In this document: positions 1 to 12,468 of the stretch, one piece after another
Layout of the letters: each line of letters opens with the position of its first letter
Numbering within the stretch: position 1 is the stretch's first letter
From: Macrostomum hystrix
Lineage: Eukaryota > Animalia > Platyhelminthes
Assembly: GCA_950097015.1 (NCBI GenBank)
Contig: CATNEN010000039.1
Span: forward strand, 19,902,001 to 19,966,000
DNA: 64,000 nucleotides
Direction: 5' to 3'
Made by a program: the position numbers and the translations under genes
Notes under the pieces: generated by a model
Databases searched by the model: none
Seen by the model: the letters and a program-made list of their open reading frames with translations, nothing else
Told to the model about the DNA's origin: nothing

Positions 1-600
1 AGAGAGTGGTAGATGGGTATTCGTAGATAGAGAGTGGTAGATGGGTAGTAGTAGATAGAGAGTGGTAGATGGGTATTAGTAGATAGAGAGTGGTAGATGG
101 GTAGTAGTAGATAGAGAGTGGTAGATGGGTATTAGTAGATAGAGAGTGGTAGATGGGTAGTAGTAGATAGAGAGTGGTAGATGGGTATTAGTAGATAGAG
201 AGTGGTAGATGGGTAGTAGTAGATTAAGAGTGGTAGATGGGTAGTAGTAGATAAATAGTGGTAGATGGGTAGTAGTAGATAAAGAGTGGTAGATGGGTAG
301 TAGTAGATAAAGAGTGGTAGATGGGTATTAGTAGATAAATAGTGGTAGATGAGTATAGTAGTAGATAAAGAGTGGTAGATGAGTATAGTAGTAGATAAAG
401 AGTGGTAGATGAGTATAGTAGTAGATAAAGAGTGGTAGATGGGTAGTAATAGATAAAGAGTGGTAGATGAGTATAGTAGTAGATAAAGAGTGGTAAATGA
501 GTATAGTAGTAGATAAAGAGTGGTAGATGAGTATAGTAGTAGATAAAGAGTGGTAGATGTGATAGAGTGGTAGAGTGAGAGTGGTAGAGGTAGACTGGTG
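1..600. repeat. Minisatellite, 28-bp unit (GTAGTAGATAGAGAGTGGTAGATGG core; 31-bp variants distally), running off the window start
   Basis: Direct tandem periodicity; purine-rich + strand; ORFs 224-637 are translations of it. Confidence 0.95.
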
Positions 601-1114
601 GAAGGATATTGGTTGAGTAGTATAAAATGTCAATCAAATATTATTCTCTGAGCTGCCAGTCATGCAACGGCTTTCCTCTCGATAGTAAAAACTATAACTA
701 CTCGTATTGATTTTAAAGTAACTATATGTAGCATTTGCAGACATTGAAACTATGCTCGTTACTTAACATAAACAGCGCTTGACATGCAAAAAAGGAGCTG
801 TTAAAAAATTAAGTAATCGTTTATTCATTTGCTTAAAACGCCACCACAGCACGAAAAGTTGAGAAGGTCTCAGAACTCTGACAGTCGATCAGGCTATAAA
901 TTAGTCTATTGTTAGCGGTGCTGGCAAATAGTTAAGTTTGATATACTAGTATACGTAGATTGCTGAGACAAACGCTGGTATTATACTTGTACTATTAAAA
1001 TCATTGTTACTTTGCTGGCTAGTGGAAATTTACTATTCTCACCACGTGGGTTTTTGGTTCATGTGTTTCAAATACGAGCGTATGATTTGCAATCAACACG
1101 GTGTCTGTTTTTTG

Positions 1115-2151
1115 TGGTCATAGAGTCTAGTTCCCTTCCGGTCATAGAGTCTAGTTCCCTTCCGGTCATAGAGTCTAGTTCCCTTCCGGTCATAGAGTCT
1201 AGTTCCCTTCAGGTCATAGAGTCTAGTTCCCTTCCGGTCATAGAGTCTAGTTCCCTTCAGGTCATAGAGTCTAGTTCCCTTCAGGTCATAAAGTCTAGTT
1301 CCCTTCAGGTCATAAAGTCTAGTTCCCTTCCGGTCATAGAGTCTAGTTCCCTTCCGGTCATAGAGTCTAGTTCCCTTCCGGTCATAAAGTCTAGTTCCCT
1401 TCCGGTCATAGAGTCTAGTTCCCTTCCGGTCATAGAGTCTAGTTCCCTTCCGGTCATAGAGTCTAGTTCCCTTCCGGTCATAAAGTCTAGTTCCCTTCCG
1501 GTCATAGAGTCTAGTTCCCTTCAGGTCATAGAGTCTAGTTCCCTTCCGGTCATAGAGTCTAGTTCCCTTCAGGTCATAGAGTCTAGTACCCTTCCGGTCA
1601 TAGAGTCTAGTTCCCTTCCGGTCATAAAGTCTAGTTCCCTTCCGGTCATAGAGTCTAGTTCCCTTCCGGTCATAAAGTCTAGTTCCCTTCCGGTCATAGA
1701 GTCTAGTTCCCTTCCGGTCATAGAGTCTAGTTCCCTTCAGGTCATAGAGTCTAGTTCCCTTCCGGTCATAGAGTCTAGTTCCCTTCAGGTCATAGAGTCT
1801 AGTTCCCTTCCGGTCATAGAGTCTAGTTCCCTTCCGGTCATAGAGTCTAGTTCCCTTCCGGTCATAGAGTCTAGTTCCCTTCCGGTCATAGAGTCTAGTT
1901 CCCTTCAGGTCATAGAGTCTAGTTCCCTTCAGGTCATAAAGTCTAGTTCCCTTCAGGTCATAAAGTCTAGTTCCCTTCCGGTCATAGAGTCTAGTTCCCT
2001 TCCGGTCATAGAGTCTAGTTCCCTTCCGGTCATAGAGTCTAGTTCCCTTCCGGTCATAGAGTCTAGTTCCCTTCCGGTCATAGAGTCTAGTTCCCTTCCG
2101 GTCATAGAGTCTAGTTCCCTTCCGGTCATAGAGTCTAGTTCCCTTCCGGTC
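1115..2151. repeat. Minisatellite, 24-bp unit GGTCATAGAGTCTAGTTCCCTTCC, ~43 copies
   Basis: Near-perfect tandem array ending about 10 bp before the CAG acceptor at 2161-2163; accounts for the VIESSSLP repeat in ORF 1012-2619. Confidence 0.97.
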
Positions 2152-2163
2152 GTTTTATTTCAG

Positions 2164-5100
2164 CGGTCAGCCCTGCTCAGCGAAGCCTTTGTACAAGCCG
2201 GCTTCGTCGCCAGCAAGATCCGCACCCACTTTGTCTTCACCGAAGTCCTGGAGTCCATGTGGTCAAATTTCGGGTTCAATTTCACCGGAAACTTCACTGA
2301 AGGCTGGGGCTACAGTCTCTACGCTATGAATGGTCGTCCGGGGTTCGATTCGGCCATTAACTGTCGCTACATTTTTCCTGAATATTTGGTACATTTCGAT
2401 GACTGCGCTTGCCTTAATCGGGGTCCACTGACCTGTCGTATTTCTGAACAAACTGGGGTCTTGCAGCTAAATAAAGGTAAGATAATTAATAATAGTGCTT
2501 CTGCAAACATTTTAACTGTGTGGTTAGATGCGGAGCCGCAGCAAGAGATGCAAAATCGCAGCAGGCATCCAGAATCGCAGCAAGAGATGCAGAATCATAG
2601 CAGGCATTCAGAATACTAGTAAGTAATTTGGAATCGAAGCAAGAGATGCAGAATCGCAGCAGGCAACCAGAATCGCAGCAAGAGATGCAGAATCGCAGCA
2701 AGAGATGCAGAATCGCAGCAAGAGATGCAGAATCGAAGCAAGAGATGCAGAATCGCAGCAGGCATCCAGAATTGCAGCAAGAGATGTAGAATCGCAGCAA
2801 GAGATGTAGAATCGCAACAAGAGAAGTAGAATCGCAGCAAGAGATGTAGAATCGCAGCAAGAAATGTAGAATCGCAGCAAGAGATGTGGAATCGAAGCAA
2901 GAGATGCAGAATCATAGCAGGCATTCAGAATAATAGTAAGTAATTGGGAATCGAAGCAAGAGATGCAGAATCGCAGCAAGAGATGCAGAATCGAAGCAAG
3001 AGATGCAGAATCGAAGCAAGAGATGCAGAATCGCAGCAAGAGATGCAGAATCGCAGCAAGAGATGCAGAATCGAAGCAAGAGATGCAGAATCGCAGCAAG
3101 AGATGCAGAATCGCAGCAAGAGATGCAGAATCGAAGCAAGAGATGCAGAATCGAAGCAAGAGATGCAGAATCGCAGCAAGAGATGCAGAATCGCAGCAAG
3201 AGATGCAGAATCGAAGCAAGAGATGCAGAATCGAAGCAAGAGATGCAGAATCGCAGCAAGAGATGCAGAATCGAAGCAAGAGATGCAGAATCGCAGCAAG
3301 AGATGCAGAATCGCAGCAAGAGATGCAGAATCGAAGCAAGAGATGCAGAATCGAAGCAAGAGATGCAGAATCGCAGCAAGAGATGCAGAATCGCAGCAAG
3401 AGATGCAGAATCGCAGCAAGAGATGCAGAATCGCAGCAAGAGATGCAGAATCGCAGCAAGAGATGCAGAATCGCAGCAAGAGATTCTAAAATTTTCATCC
3501 TATTTTTTTTAGATTCGATTCCAATCATCAAGCGCATGGGTCTAGCGGTCAGTATCGATGGCGAAGTTCTGGACGTCACCAGGTCGCACGAGGTTAAACA
3601 TAAATGTAAGTTCATAGTTAAAAATTTCAAGCGATAAGAATAAAAATTGCAGGAGGGTTGGGTGACACTAGACCCGCAGCCAGCGAGGAGGCAATTCTGC
3701 CCATTTCGCTGACTCCTGAGCACACTCGCACTTAGATACTGTACGCTGGCATGCGCTCTCACAGTTGTGTACATCTGCCCTGACTTTCTCATCGTCAGGC
3801 ACTGTGCACTTTCACTGTGCCTTGGAGGTTGGCCCTCGAGGGCGTAAATTGCACGAAAAGCCACCAAGCCTTCTCTCCGCGGCTGCGCTCCAAAAATATG
3901 TGGAATTGAACTCAGCGACATTTGTCCGAGCGAGAGGCAAACGCGTTAACCTCTCTGCTACCGACTTCCATAAATTTCAAAATCTTAACTAGTCAATTTG
4001 GTGCCCTAAAAAGGGCCGTTTTAGAGAACGGCCCAGCAATATTTGCCTCCACTTCGGGGTGCGCAGGAGATTTTTTGTAATTAATCCTTTATTCTTAGAT
4101 TTTTTACATTTTTTTGCAGTCACAACTGTAATAGCAACATTGCTCTTACCAATGCAGTAGAAAAAAACTAATATATATATATATATATACCCTTCATTTA
4201 GATAATAACTCCCCAGAGTTTGCAAATTCCCCATACCTGGTAAGTTATCCATCGACAGTAAAAAAATCATTCTCATAAGTCTCCCAACTCCCAAAACTCT
4301 AAGGTCGATACGTTATCCCCATAAAGTTATCAAATTATCCCACCGAGCTGGTGAAATAAAAAAACATAGGTGAACTAAATTTTTCCTGCTTGTCACGCAG
4401 TGGCCCTATCGCGCAGCTCCGCCAACCCGGAGGTGCACTTCATCGAGCAGCTGGACTGTTGTCCGCATTTCTCCCGTCGGATCGCCCAGTCACTCCAGAG
4501 AATGCACGCCATACCGGCCGACTGGAAGCCGACCAGGGGCCAGGTCACGCTGCGGCCTCGGCTCTACACTGTCCAGCCGATGCCGAGCGCGACGCCGAGT
4601 CAACTGCCGACAGCCGACGTCGACTTTTCCGGTCTCGAGAGAGCGCTATTCGCTCGCCTTAGCGAATCCAACGGCCAGCTGTACATGCTGCTCAAATATG
4701 TACTGCTCAGGGCTCTGCCGCAGGCTCTGCCCGACGCCCTGAGACCATTCACCGAGGTGCACTGTCGCCAGCTGATGTGGAATCTGTTGAGCTCCAGTGT
4801 GACTCGCTCTCACAACGAGTCTCTGCTCGGACGCGCTAGACGCGCCCTCCAGCTCCTAGCCGAACTGCTAACTCGCCAGCAGAACAGCGGCCAGAAGCAC
4901 CTGGCTATGAGAAACTTCTTCGATCAACGCTTGGGCGTGCCATTCGCCGAGGCGGCTATCGGGCAGGTGGATCGGGCTGTCCTGTGTCGAGTGCTGAACA
5001 ATCCGACTCGTCTGCTGACCGACCAGGTTGACGCTTACATAACTCGGCTGCAGAGATTCGGCACAGGTGGCTATTTTGTTTTCCGGCCTCTTCTCATGAC

Positions 5101-7166
5101 GTTGCCGGGCAGTAGCGCTCTCCTGGGTGTCCCCAATGCCAGAAACCTAGGCAGCATCGCCGAATATCCCACTGTTGGATTTCGTCTTTACCATGCGTTG
5201 GACATTCTCCTGGATGAGGGCCGACCTGGTAATGCAACGCTGACGGAGTTCATGGCTCTGGTAGACAGTCTAAGACGATGCGCCACCACGGCAGCCGCCT
5301 GCCTTCGCGCGCTGATGATGCTGAAACAGCAGCAGGGAGCCGGCATTGCCTATCAGGCTCTTATGGACGGCGGAGGCGGTCAAATCTCGGTGACTGACTG
5401 CTTCGAGGTGAGAAATTGATGATTGGCTCTTGTCTTTCATTTTTTGACTGGTCCGCAGTGTGTCTAAAAATAGAAATTTTTATGACTCATGCGTATTCCA
5501 TCTTATATGACGTCATTATCATTTCTAAAGTCTTTTTGACACAATAACGAATAGACTAGTAAAATATCGGCACCCATACTTCACCGGCACGCAGACAACC
5601 AGCCTGACAGCCGGCATGGTTGAGAGCGCCCTGCTGAAAACCGACTGCGCCTGGCTTTACCGCTGCAAGCTCACGAAATACGAACAGGGGTCTCACGAGA
5701 CCGAGTGCCACGGCCCGGCTGGCACCGCCTTTCTGTCGGCCTATCCGCAGATTCGCTGCCTGTTCTTTCCGTACCACCAGAAGCCGATCCTCCATAGCGA
5801 GCGGTGCTGCTTCGAGTACCGACTGCGTATCAACTTTGTAGCCCTGTGGCACTCGCTGCACAGCCAGCTGGACAAACAATGGGGCAGTCTAGTTGTGCCC
5901 GGCCTCGGCGCCTCTTCTGGCAGCGTCGGCGGGTTCGACTCGAACCACCAGCTGGCCACCAGGCTACTGTTGGACCAACCACAGTCTATCATTGATCCTC
6001 AAGAGGTCCTAGCTCAGGTTAGTTAGTAAATGAGGTCGATTGATTCATTCATTGATTGATTGATCGAATAGTGAAATTGATTCGCCCTCCCACCTTCCAA
6101 AGTTTGGCGGCCCTTAAAAAGGCATTTTTTACATTTTTTGTTTGCAAAGCACAACACACTTGTTAAGGCTTCTCTGTAAATGACTAAGCTATGTACAGAA
6201 GCTGAATGGGTTGTAGCCAACTGGTTACAGCATCGGACTCACGACTTGAAGGTCGGGGGTTCGATTCCCGACTCCACTGGAACAGTTTGTGTAATTTAGC
6301 AAGACAAACTCTGCATTGCTTAAGTTTGAAATTTTTCTAAAAATAGAAAATTACGTCACTACTTTGTTACGTCATTGTTAAATTGGAAGATTTAAACGAT
6401 TACTATTTGGATGAAAACACCCGATGCCAGGTCCTAATCTGCACTAATTCGCCAAGTCGACAATTGTTGCTAAGCGCATTCAAATCACTGCTAGTCGGCG
6501 CCGCGCCGTTCTTGCGTGAGCGCGGCCGTGACGAATGGCGCTGGTTCAACCTGACCCGGCTGCACCTCATGGGCACCTGGCTGCTTGAGCTCAAGCCGCG
6601 AAACGGCTCCGCTTGGACTCGGGAACAGCGCGAGGACTGCTGCGAGCTTGTTGACTGGTGCAACCAGAATGAGGAGCATTTCCAATGCGCCGCCTCAGGC
6701 TGCGGAATCTCAGCCCTGCTGCACAGCGCCGGCCCTGCGGCCGAGCTCCAGGCTCGAGCTCTGCTGTGTTCCCTGCTGGAGACAGAGATGGAAAATGTGA
6801 GCACCGCTTGTGAGGGGGAAGAATGGGAGAATTCAGTGTCAGTTATCATGGGATGGAATGGGAGAATTCAGTGTCTGTTATCATGGGATGGAATGGGAGA
6901 ATTCAGTGTCTGTTATCATGGGATGGAATGGGAGAATTCAGTGTCTGTTATCAGTGGATAGAATGGGAGAATTCAGTGTCTGTTATCATGGGATAGAATG
7001 GGAGAATTTAGTAGTCCTAACTGTCTCTCCACAGGCATTCCCAATGACGAAGGAATCAGGCTATGACCACGACCTACTAGTTGTTCAACTGTATGCCAAG
7101 TACGCATCGGATAAGAAGACTCGATTGCACTGCGAGAAGCAAGCGAAGTTGCTTGCTGCTCACTGA
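2164..7166 (+). CDS. Mab-21/cGAS-like (cGLR-type) nucleotidyltransferase-fold protein, 5'-incomplete, catalytic motif degenerate
   Basis: Six phase-consistent GT-AG exons: 2164-2476, 3513-3605, 4401-5407, 5595-6017, 6431-6796, 7035-7166 (TGA). Motifs resembling the Mab-21 family: TGNFTEG...DSAIN (cf. GS-x2-EG...DxD), FSGLERALF (cf. LSFSxxExxL), GQLYMLLKY, EVHCRQLMW (cf. YHxKTLLF), RNFF (cf. PNYF). No start codon identified in the window. Confidence 0.62.
2530..3483. repeat. Minisatellite, 20-bp unit AGATGCAGAATCGCAGCAAG
   Basis: Exact 20-bp periodicity filling most of intron 2477-3512; source of many overlapping spurious ORFs. Confidence 0.97.
3645..3968 (-). mobile_element. tRNA-derived SINE, family A copy
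   Basis: Colinear with the full-length copy at 28605-28956 (AGCGAGGAGGCAATTCTGCCCATTTCGCTGACTCCTGAGCAC; TGTACATCTGCCCTGACTTTCTCATCGTCAGGCA; GGCAAACGCGTTAACC). Confidence 0.85.
6208..6325 (+). mobile_element. tRNA-derived SINE head, family B
   Basis: A-box-like TAGCCAACTGG and B-box GGTTCGATTCC, followed by a core (TTAGCAAGACA...ACTCTGCATTGCTT) shared with 30210-30450. Confidence 0.75.
6820..7008. repeat. Minisatellite, ~35-bp unit GAATGGGAGAATTCAGTGTCTGTTATCATGGGATG, ~5 copies
   Basis: Fills the last intron (6797-7034) of the Mab-21-like gene. Confidence 0.93.
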
Positions 7167-7359
7167 CCTGTCAAAGCTTTACTTTTGAGCTAAAGTGCTC
7201 TACTAACTACTATCAATAGACTCGACCACTCATTTGATCAAGTTGAACTTGAAGATGTGACGAGTTACAAAAGCTAATTTTCTAATTGAAACTTTAACTA
7301 AAAAACATACAATCTTGAACTTGTTTATTGTCATTTTTAGCCCTAGAGATCACACTCTA

Positions 7360-7655
7360 CCACTCTAGATCTCATCCTTCCCTCTAAATCTCATTCTACC
7401 CCTCTAGATCTTATTCTACCCCTCTAGATCTCATTCTACCCCTCCAGATCTCATTCTACCCCTCTAGATCTCATTCTACCCCTCCAGATCTTATTCTACC
7501 CCTCCAGATCTTATTCTACCCCTCCAGATCTCATTCTACCCCTCCAGATCTCATTCTACCCCTCTAGATCTCATTCTACTTCTCTAGTTCTCATTCTACC
7601 CCTTTAATTCTCATTCTACCCCTCCAGATCTCATTCTACCCTCTCTAGATCTCAT
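7360..7655. repeat. Minisatellite, 20-bp unit CCTCTAGATCTCATTCTACC
   Basis: Tandem periodicity downstream of the stop codon. Confidence 0.95.
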
Positions 7656-9012
7656 CAACTTTATAGATTAAGTTTCAAGAGCTAAGCTTTTGACTTTGTT
7701 AAGACCTTAGTTTTTTCGGAAAATTTCACACTTATAAAATCGATATCAATAAACCTTTTTAGCCATGCTTTTACGCAGGTAATATCGAGCATTATACATT
7801 TAGTTAAGACGTCACTACTAATTTTTAACTAATCTAGTAGTATGGATTGCTATTACATTGTATTATTTAAACGTTCTATTATATTTATTTCGTTTAACCA
7901 ACCAATAAATGTCAGCTGACTATTTTTGTGTCAGCTATGATAGCGTAGTATTTACAAAAAGTACGAAACCAACTTTCACTTTTAGTTTTCACATTTTTTG
8001 CTAACGCGCCCAACACTGCCAGAGAGTCTTAGAAGTCAGAACCTCTCAGAAAGACACAGGCTTTTCCCTGTCTTTAATGCACATTATATTCACAAAGTAG
8101 CGGGTGAGTGAGGTACCTCATGCTCCCAAGACGACTTGAGAGTTGAGTGGGGATTGAGCTGGTTAGGAGGGTGGGAGCATCACGACCTAGGAGCTATGCT
8201 CGTCAATTTGCGCGTCTATGCGGCAACAGGCTGCTGAAGTTCCCGCTGATTCCCAGCCACCTGGCTGGCCTTCTCAAAGACTTCTGGACGCTGGTGTAAG
8301 GACATCTGAACTTATGGAGTCATTTGAGCCAGTTGGCATTGCATGAATCCACAAAAAAGACCAGAATATTCACCTCTGGAATGGGAAAAGGAACAAAACA
8401 ATTAAAATGACAAAAGCGGACAATGACGTTTGCTCAAAATCCGATTCAGCAACTCCCGTATCAGAATCTCAGGACTCGACTTTGTTGCATTCTGTATGTT
8501 ACTTTTTGTGAAATTGACTTACTCTAACTTGGGCAGGCCGGTCTCGCGGACGAAATTGAAATTACTAATCAGGTACACACGAGCATCCCCCTCGAAATTG
8601 AAGTTACTTAGTTTGAAATAGAAGTTGAATACCAAATATTTAATAATTGTAACATTACTACTACACCTTTTCCCGTTCAATTTCAACAAATCTGCGCTGC
8701 AATTTAGACAACTTGACATTCATTTTCGACACTCTATTTTTATACCTTCAGTTGGACGTTCAAATTAGACAAAGCTGACTTCAATTTAAACAGCAGATAT
8801 TCGATTTAGACAGTGGATATTCAATTTAAACACTTCCTCATTGAGAGCGATTTGTCTATGGTAAAATTCTAGTTCTGAGGCCAAGCACATATTCAATTTA
8901 GACACCCATCATTCAATTTAGACACGCTCAGCTTCAGACCCTTGCTTTCCTGTCGCCTCTGCTTCTGACTTTCGGAGAGAGAATTGGAGAGACTAATGTA
9001 CATTCTGTAAGA

Positions 9013-9488
9013 TACATGTACTCAGTTTATTGTCTATGGTAAGATTGAAAACCGAGATTGAGACTGTAAAGGAAACTGATTTCTGGCCTTGTGGCATTGA
9101 ATTTAGCACAGATAAAACGGCGGTCGTTGAACAAGAGTGAAGGCTACTTCTGAGAATTGCTTCTTTCGTGAAGAATATCTGTCTACTAATCTAACGCACG
9201 AACATGGAGGAAGAGGTGAACGGACCGGAGTCAGAGTCGGAGTCGGAGTCAGAAGCGACCGGAAGCGACGTTGATGGCCGCGGCCCGTACGTGCGAATCA
9301 CGAATCAGGATCGAGCGCGCCTGCTGGATGCTCATAACAACGGCGAGGACTTCCTGCATTTGGCGGCACTGATGAACACCAAAAGGACGACGGCATATAC
9401 TCAATGCCACAAGGCCAGAAATCGTTTTTCTTTACAGTCTCAATCTCGGTTTTCAATCTTACCATAGACAATAAACTTAGCGCATGTA
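9013..9488. mobile_element. Inverted-repeat-bounded element carrying a truncated HTH transposase-like ORF
   Basis: ~88-bp inverted repeats at 9013-9100 and 9401-9488. Between them, ORF 9204- (ITNQDRARLLDAHNNGEDFLHLAALMNTKRTTAYT) resembles an IS630/Tc1-type N-terminal HTH and is cut off by the right repeat. Confidence 0.7.
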
Positions 9489-10006
9489 CTTAGCGCAAAG
9501 CGCAGGTTAAATAAAAATGTGTTTTTGTACTTTATGCTGTGGCTCTAGCCTGTGACGAGTATATAGCCCACTCATTACTGACTGGCATTCATTCATAGCA
9601 TAGCATAGTAAGTCGTACTATATTCATGGGACATCAAAAGACGGAAGTAAAAATTTCCTTACCATCAAGAGAGAAAGAGAGCATATCTCTCCCCCAAAAA
9701 GAAGGGATAAATAGACGCACAGCTCAATTCAAGTTAAAGTTTGAGCTGTGGACTAAACAAATCATTCACAGACCTGAGTCATGAACCGATCAATCTCAAC
9801 TGAGTCTTTACCCACTGATTTGTCTAGCATTGATCAGTTATTTGATCGATTAATGCTGAAGCATCGCAATTATCGGTCTCAACTGCTTATGACTGTAACG
9901 CCGATAAGTGACTACCGAAGAGCCTGCACAGCCAGTAGCGATGAAAGAATAAAACTTGTTCGATTTCAAGAGTGAGTATACCAAATTTTCCGATTAATTT
10001 TTGGAT

Positions 10007-10068
10007 CAAGGCACAGTGAGAGTGTACACTGCTTGACAACGAGAAAGTCAGGACAGATGTACACAGCG
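10007..10068 (+). mobile_element. Isolated internal hairpin fragment of SINE family A
   Basis: CAAGGCACAGTGAGAGTGTACACTGCTTGAC...GTCAGGACAGATGTACAC matches the reverse complement of 28748-28808. Confidence 0.75.
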
Positions 10069-10401
10069 ACTCATCTCAATATACTAAAATTCATGTGTTG
10101 TTTGTCTGTCATTTCGACATCTCCTCCTAGAATACTGGCGACTCAGCGTTGAAACTTATATGGGAAAATGGAAAATTTTCCGAAGTCGGCTATATAGCCT
10201 ATTTTAATTCTGAAATTTCAAATTCTAAGATCCTAAAAATGCAAAATGGGAGCAAAATAATTTCGTGACCTTCTCTGGACACTTTTTTTTCTTCTGAGCT
10301 GAGAAAACTGGAGTTGGTAAAAGTGATTGCGCTATCATTTCGGCCTATCTGTTCATAGTATTTTCTCTCCAGTAGAGGGTTGGCAGTCGGTTTGAAAATG
10401 G

Positions 10402-10546
10402 GGCGGAGAGGTGGCCGTTCGCGCACTCAAACTGCCTCTGTGCATTGGCGGAGAGGTGGCCGTTCGCGCACTCAAACTGCCTCTGTACATTGGCGGAGAG
10501 GTGGCCGTTCGCACACTCAAACTGCCTCTGTGCATTGGCGGAGAGA
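10402..10546. repeat. 45-bp tandem repeat, ~3 copies
   Basis: GGCGGAGAGGTGGCCGTTCGCGCACTCAAACTGCCTCTGTGCATT repeated. Confidence 0.93.
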
Positions 10547-10794
10547 GGGTGCCGCGAGTCATTTCTATTGAGGGGTCTATTGTTCAATATTGAAGTGCGT
10601 ACAATGGGCTGAGGCAGATTTGGCTGGGTTAAAATTCAAATAATAAACTTGGCGGGCCTCTCAATGTAGGCGGAGAAGAATGTGGTTGCTAAACTGGCTG
10701 TTCTTTGCGCTAAAAAGCAGTGAAATTTCAGCTGAGAATTCTTCTTTTGCTTTCTAAGATTAGTGGATAAAATTTTGTACTGCTAGAAAGAACT

Positions 10795-11918
10795 GAGGCG
10801 ATCAGAGATCAGGGGATGGGAGATGAGGCGATAGGAGATCAGGCGATGGGAGATCAGGCGATGGGAGATCAGGCGATGGGAGATCAGGCGATTGGAGATC
10901 AGGCAGCAGGAGATCTGGCGATGCGAGATGAGACGATGGGAGATCAGGCGATGGGAGATCAGGCGATTGGAGATCAGGCGATGGGAGATGAGACGATGGG
11001 AGATGAGGCGATGGGAGATCAGGCGATTGGAGATCAGGCGATGGGAGATGAAACGATGGGAGATGAGGCGATGGAAGATGGGAGATCAGGCGATGGGAGA
11101 TCAGGCGATTGGAGATGAGACGGTGGGAGATCAGGCGATTGGAGATGAGACGGTGGGAGATCAGGCGATGGGAGATCAGGCGATTGGAGATGAGACGGTG
11201 GGAGATCAGGCGGGGGAGATCAGGCGATGGGAGATCAGGCGATTGGAGATGAGACGGTGGGAGATCAGGCGATGGGAGATCAGGCGATTGGAGATGAGAC
11301 GGTGGGAGATCAGGCGGGGGGAGATCAGGCGATTGGAGATCAGGCGATGGGAGATGAGACGATGGGAGATGAGGCGATGGAAGATGGGAGATCAGGCGAT
11401 GGGAGATCAGGCGATTGGAGATGAGACGGTGGGAGATCAGGCGGGGGGAGATCAGGCGATTGGAGATCAGGCGATGGGAGATGAGACGATGGGAGATGAG
11501 GCGATGGAAGATGGGAGATCAGGCGATGGGAGATCAGGCGATTGGAGATGAGACGGTGGGAGATCAGGCGGGGGGAGATCAGGCGATTGGAGATGAGACG
11601 GTGGGAGATCAGGCGATTGGAGATGAGACGGTGGGAGATCAGGCGATGGGAGATCAGGCGATTGGAGATGAGACGGTGGGAGATGAGACGATGGGAGATG
11701 AGGCGATGGAAGATGGGAGATCAGGCGATGGGAGATCAGGCGATTGGAGATGAGACGGTGGGAGATCAGGCGATTGGAGATCAGGCGATGGGAGATGAGA
11801 CGATGGGAGATGAGGCGATGGAAGATGGGAGATCAGGCGATGGGAGATCAGGCGATTGGAGATGAGACGGTGGGAGATCAGGCGGGAGGAGATCACGCGA
11901 TGGGAGATTAGGCGATAG
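10795..11918. repeat. Minisatellite, 15-bp unit family GGAGATCAGGCGATG / GGAGATGAGACGGTG with higher-order blocks
   Basis: Tandem array; ORFs with GDQAM/EIRRW repeats derive from it. Confidence 0.96.
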
Positions 11919-12468
11919 GAGTTCGCTCCCGTCAACTTCCTCCGGAGGAAGAATTCAGCTCGTTCAATATAAAAACCAGCTCTTATGTACACCAGTGGTC
12001 GTAGATGAAGCTCTACCTTTCATTTTACAAAGCTGGCAAAAACGAGAGTCTACCACCTTAGTTCTATTATTTTCCAGTCGCACACAGAGTTAGAGAAGGT
12101 TTTAGGCCAATAATTTCGCCATTCTAAAGAGACAAAAAATAAAAACCACATTGAAGACCTTCTGTTGTGCATGGTGCAGGAGTATAGAGGCCATTAGACA
12201 ATAGGCGTCCATCTTACTTAATTTTTCATCGCTCGCATTTGACTACAGTGTGCTGAGAGAGCGTCTTTGGCGCTCTCAAATGAAATGAGCATTCATCCAC
12301 TGTGGTTTAGGCGAGGGTTGTGAAAAATGCTGCGTTTATACTCGTATATACTCAGACACTAACTAGCACAAACTGAGCCGGGTTTGTCGCTTAAGAGAGC
12401 GAGTCTAGGCTGCCACAGAAGCAATACAACAGGCACAGATCAGTGTCACTGTGAGCTGCAGTTATTTA

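Noticed and set aside
1012-2160. VIESSSLP-repeat N-terminus of ORF 1012-2619
   Set aside because: Satellite that happens to be in frame; a normal acceptor at 2163 marks the real exon start.
6208-6285. Functional tRNA gene
   Set aside because: A and B boxes are present, but the sequence runs into a SINE core shared with 30210-30450 and has no nearby oligo-T terminator.
8100-8400. GC-richer stretch that might be an exon
   Set aside because: No convincing open frame with flanking splice sites or recognisable motif.
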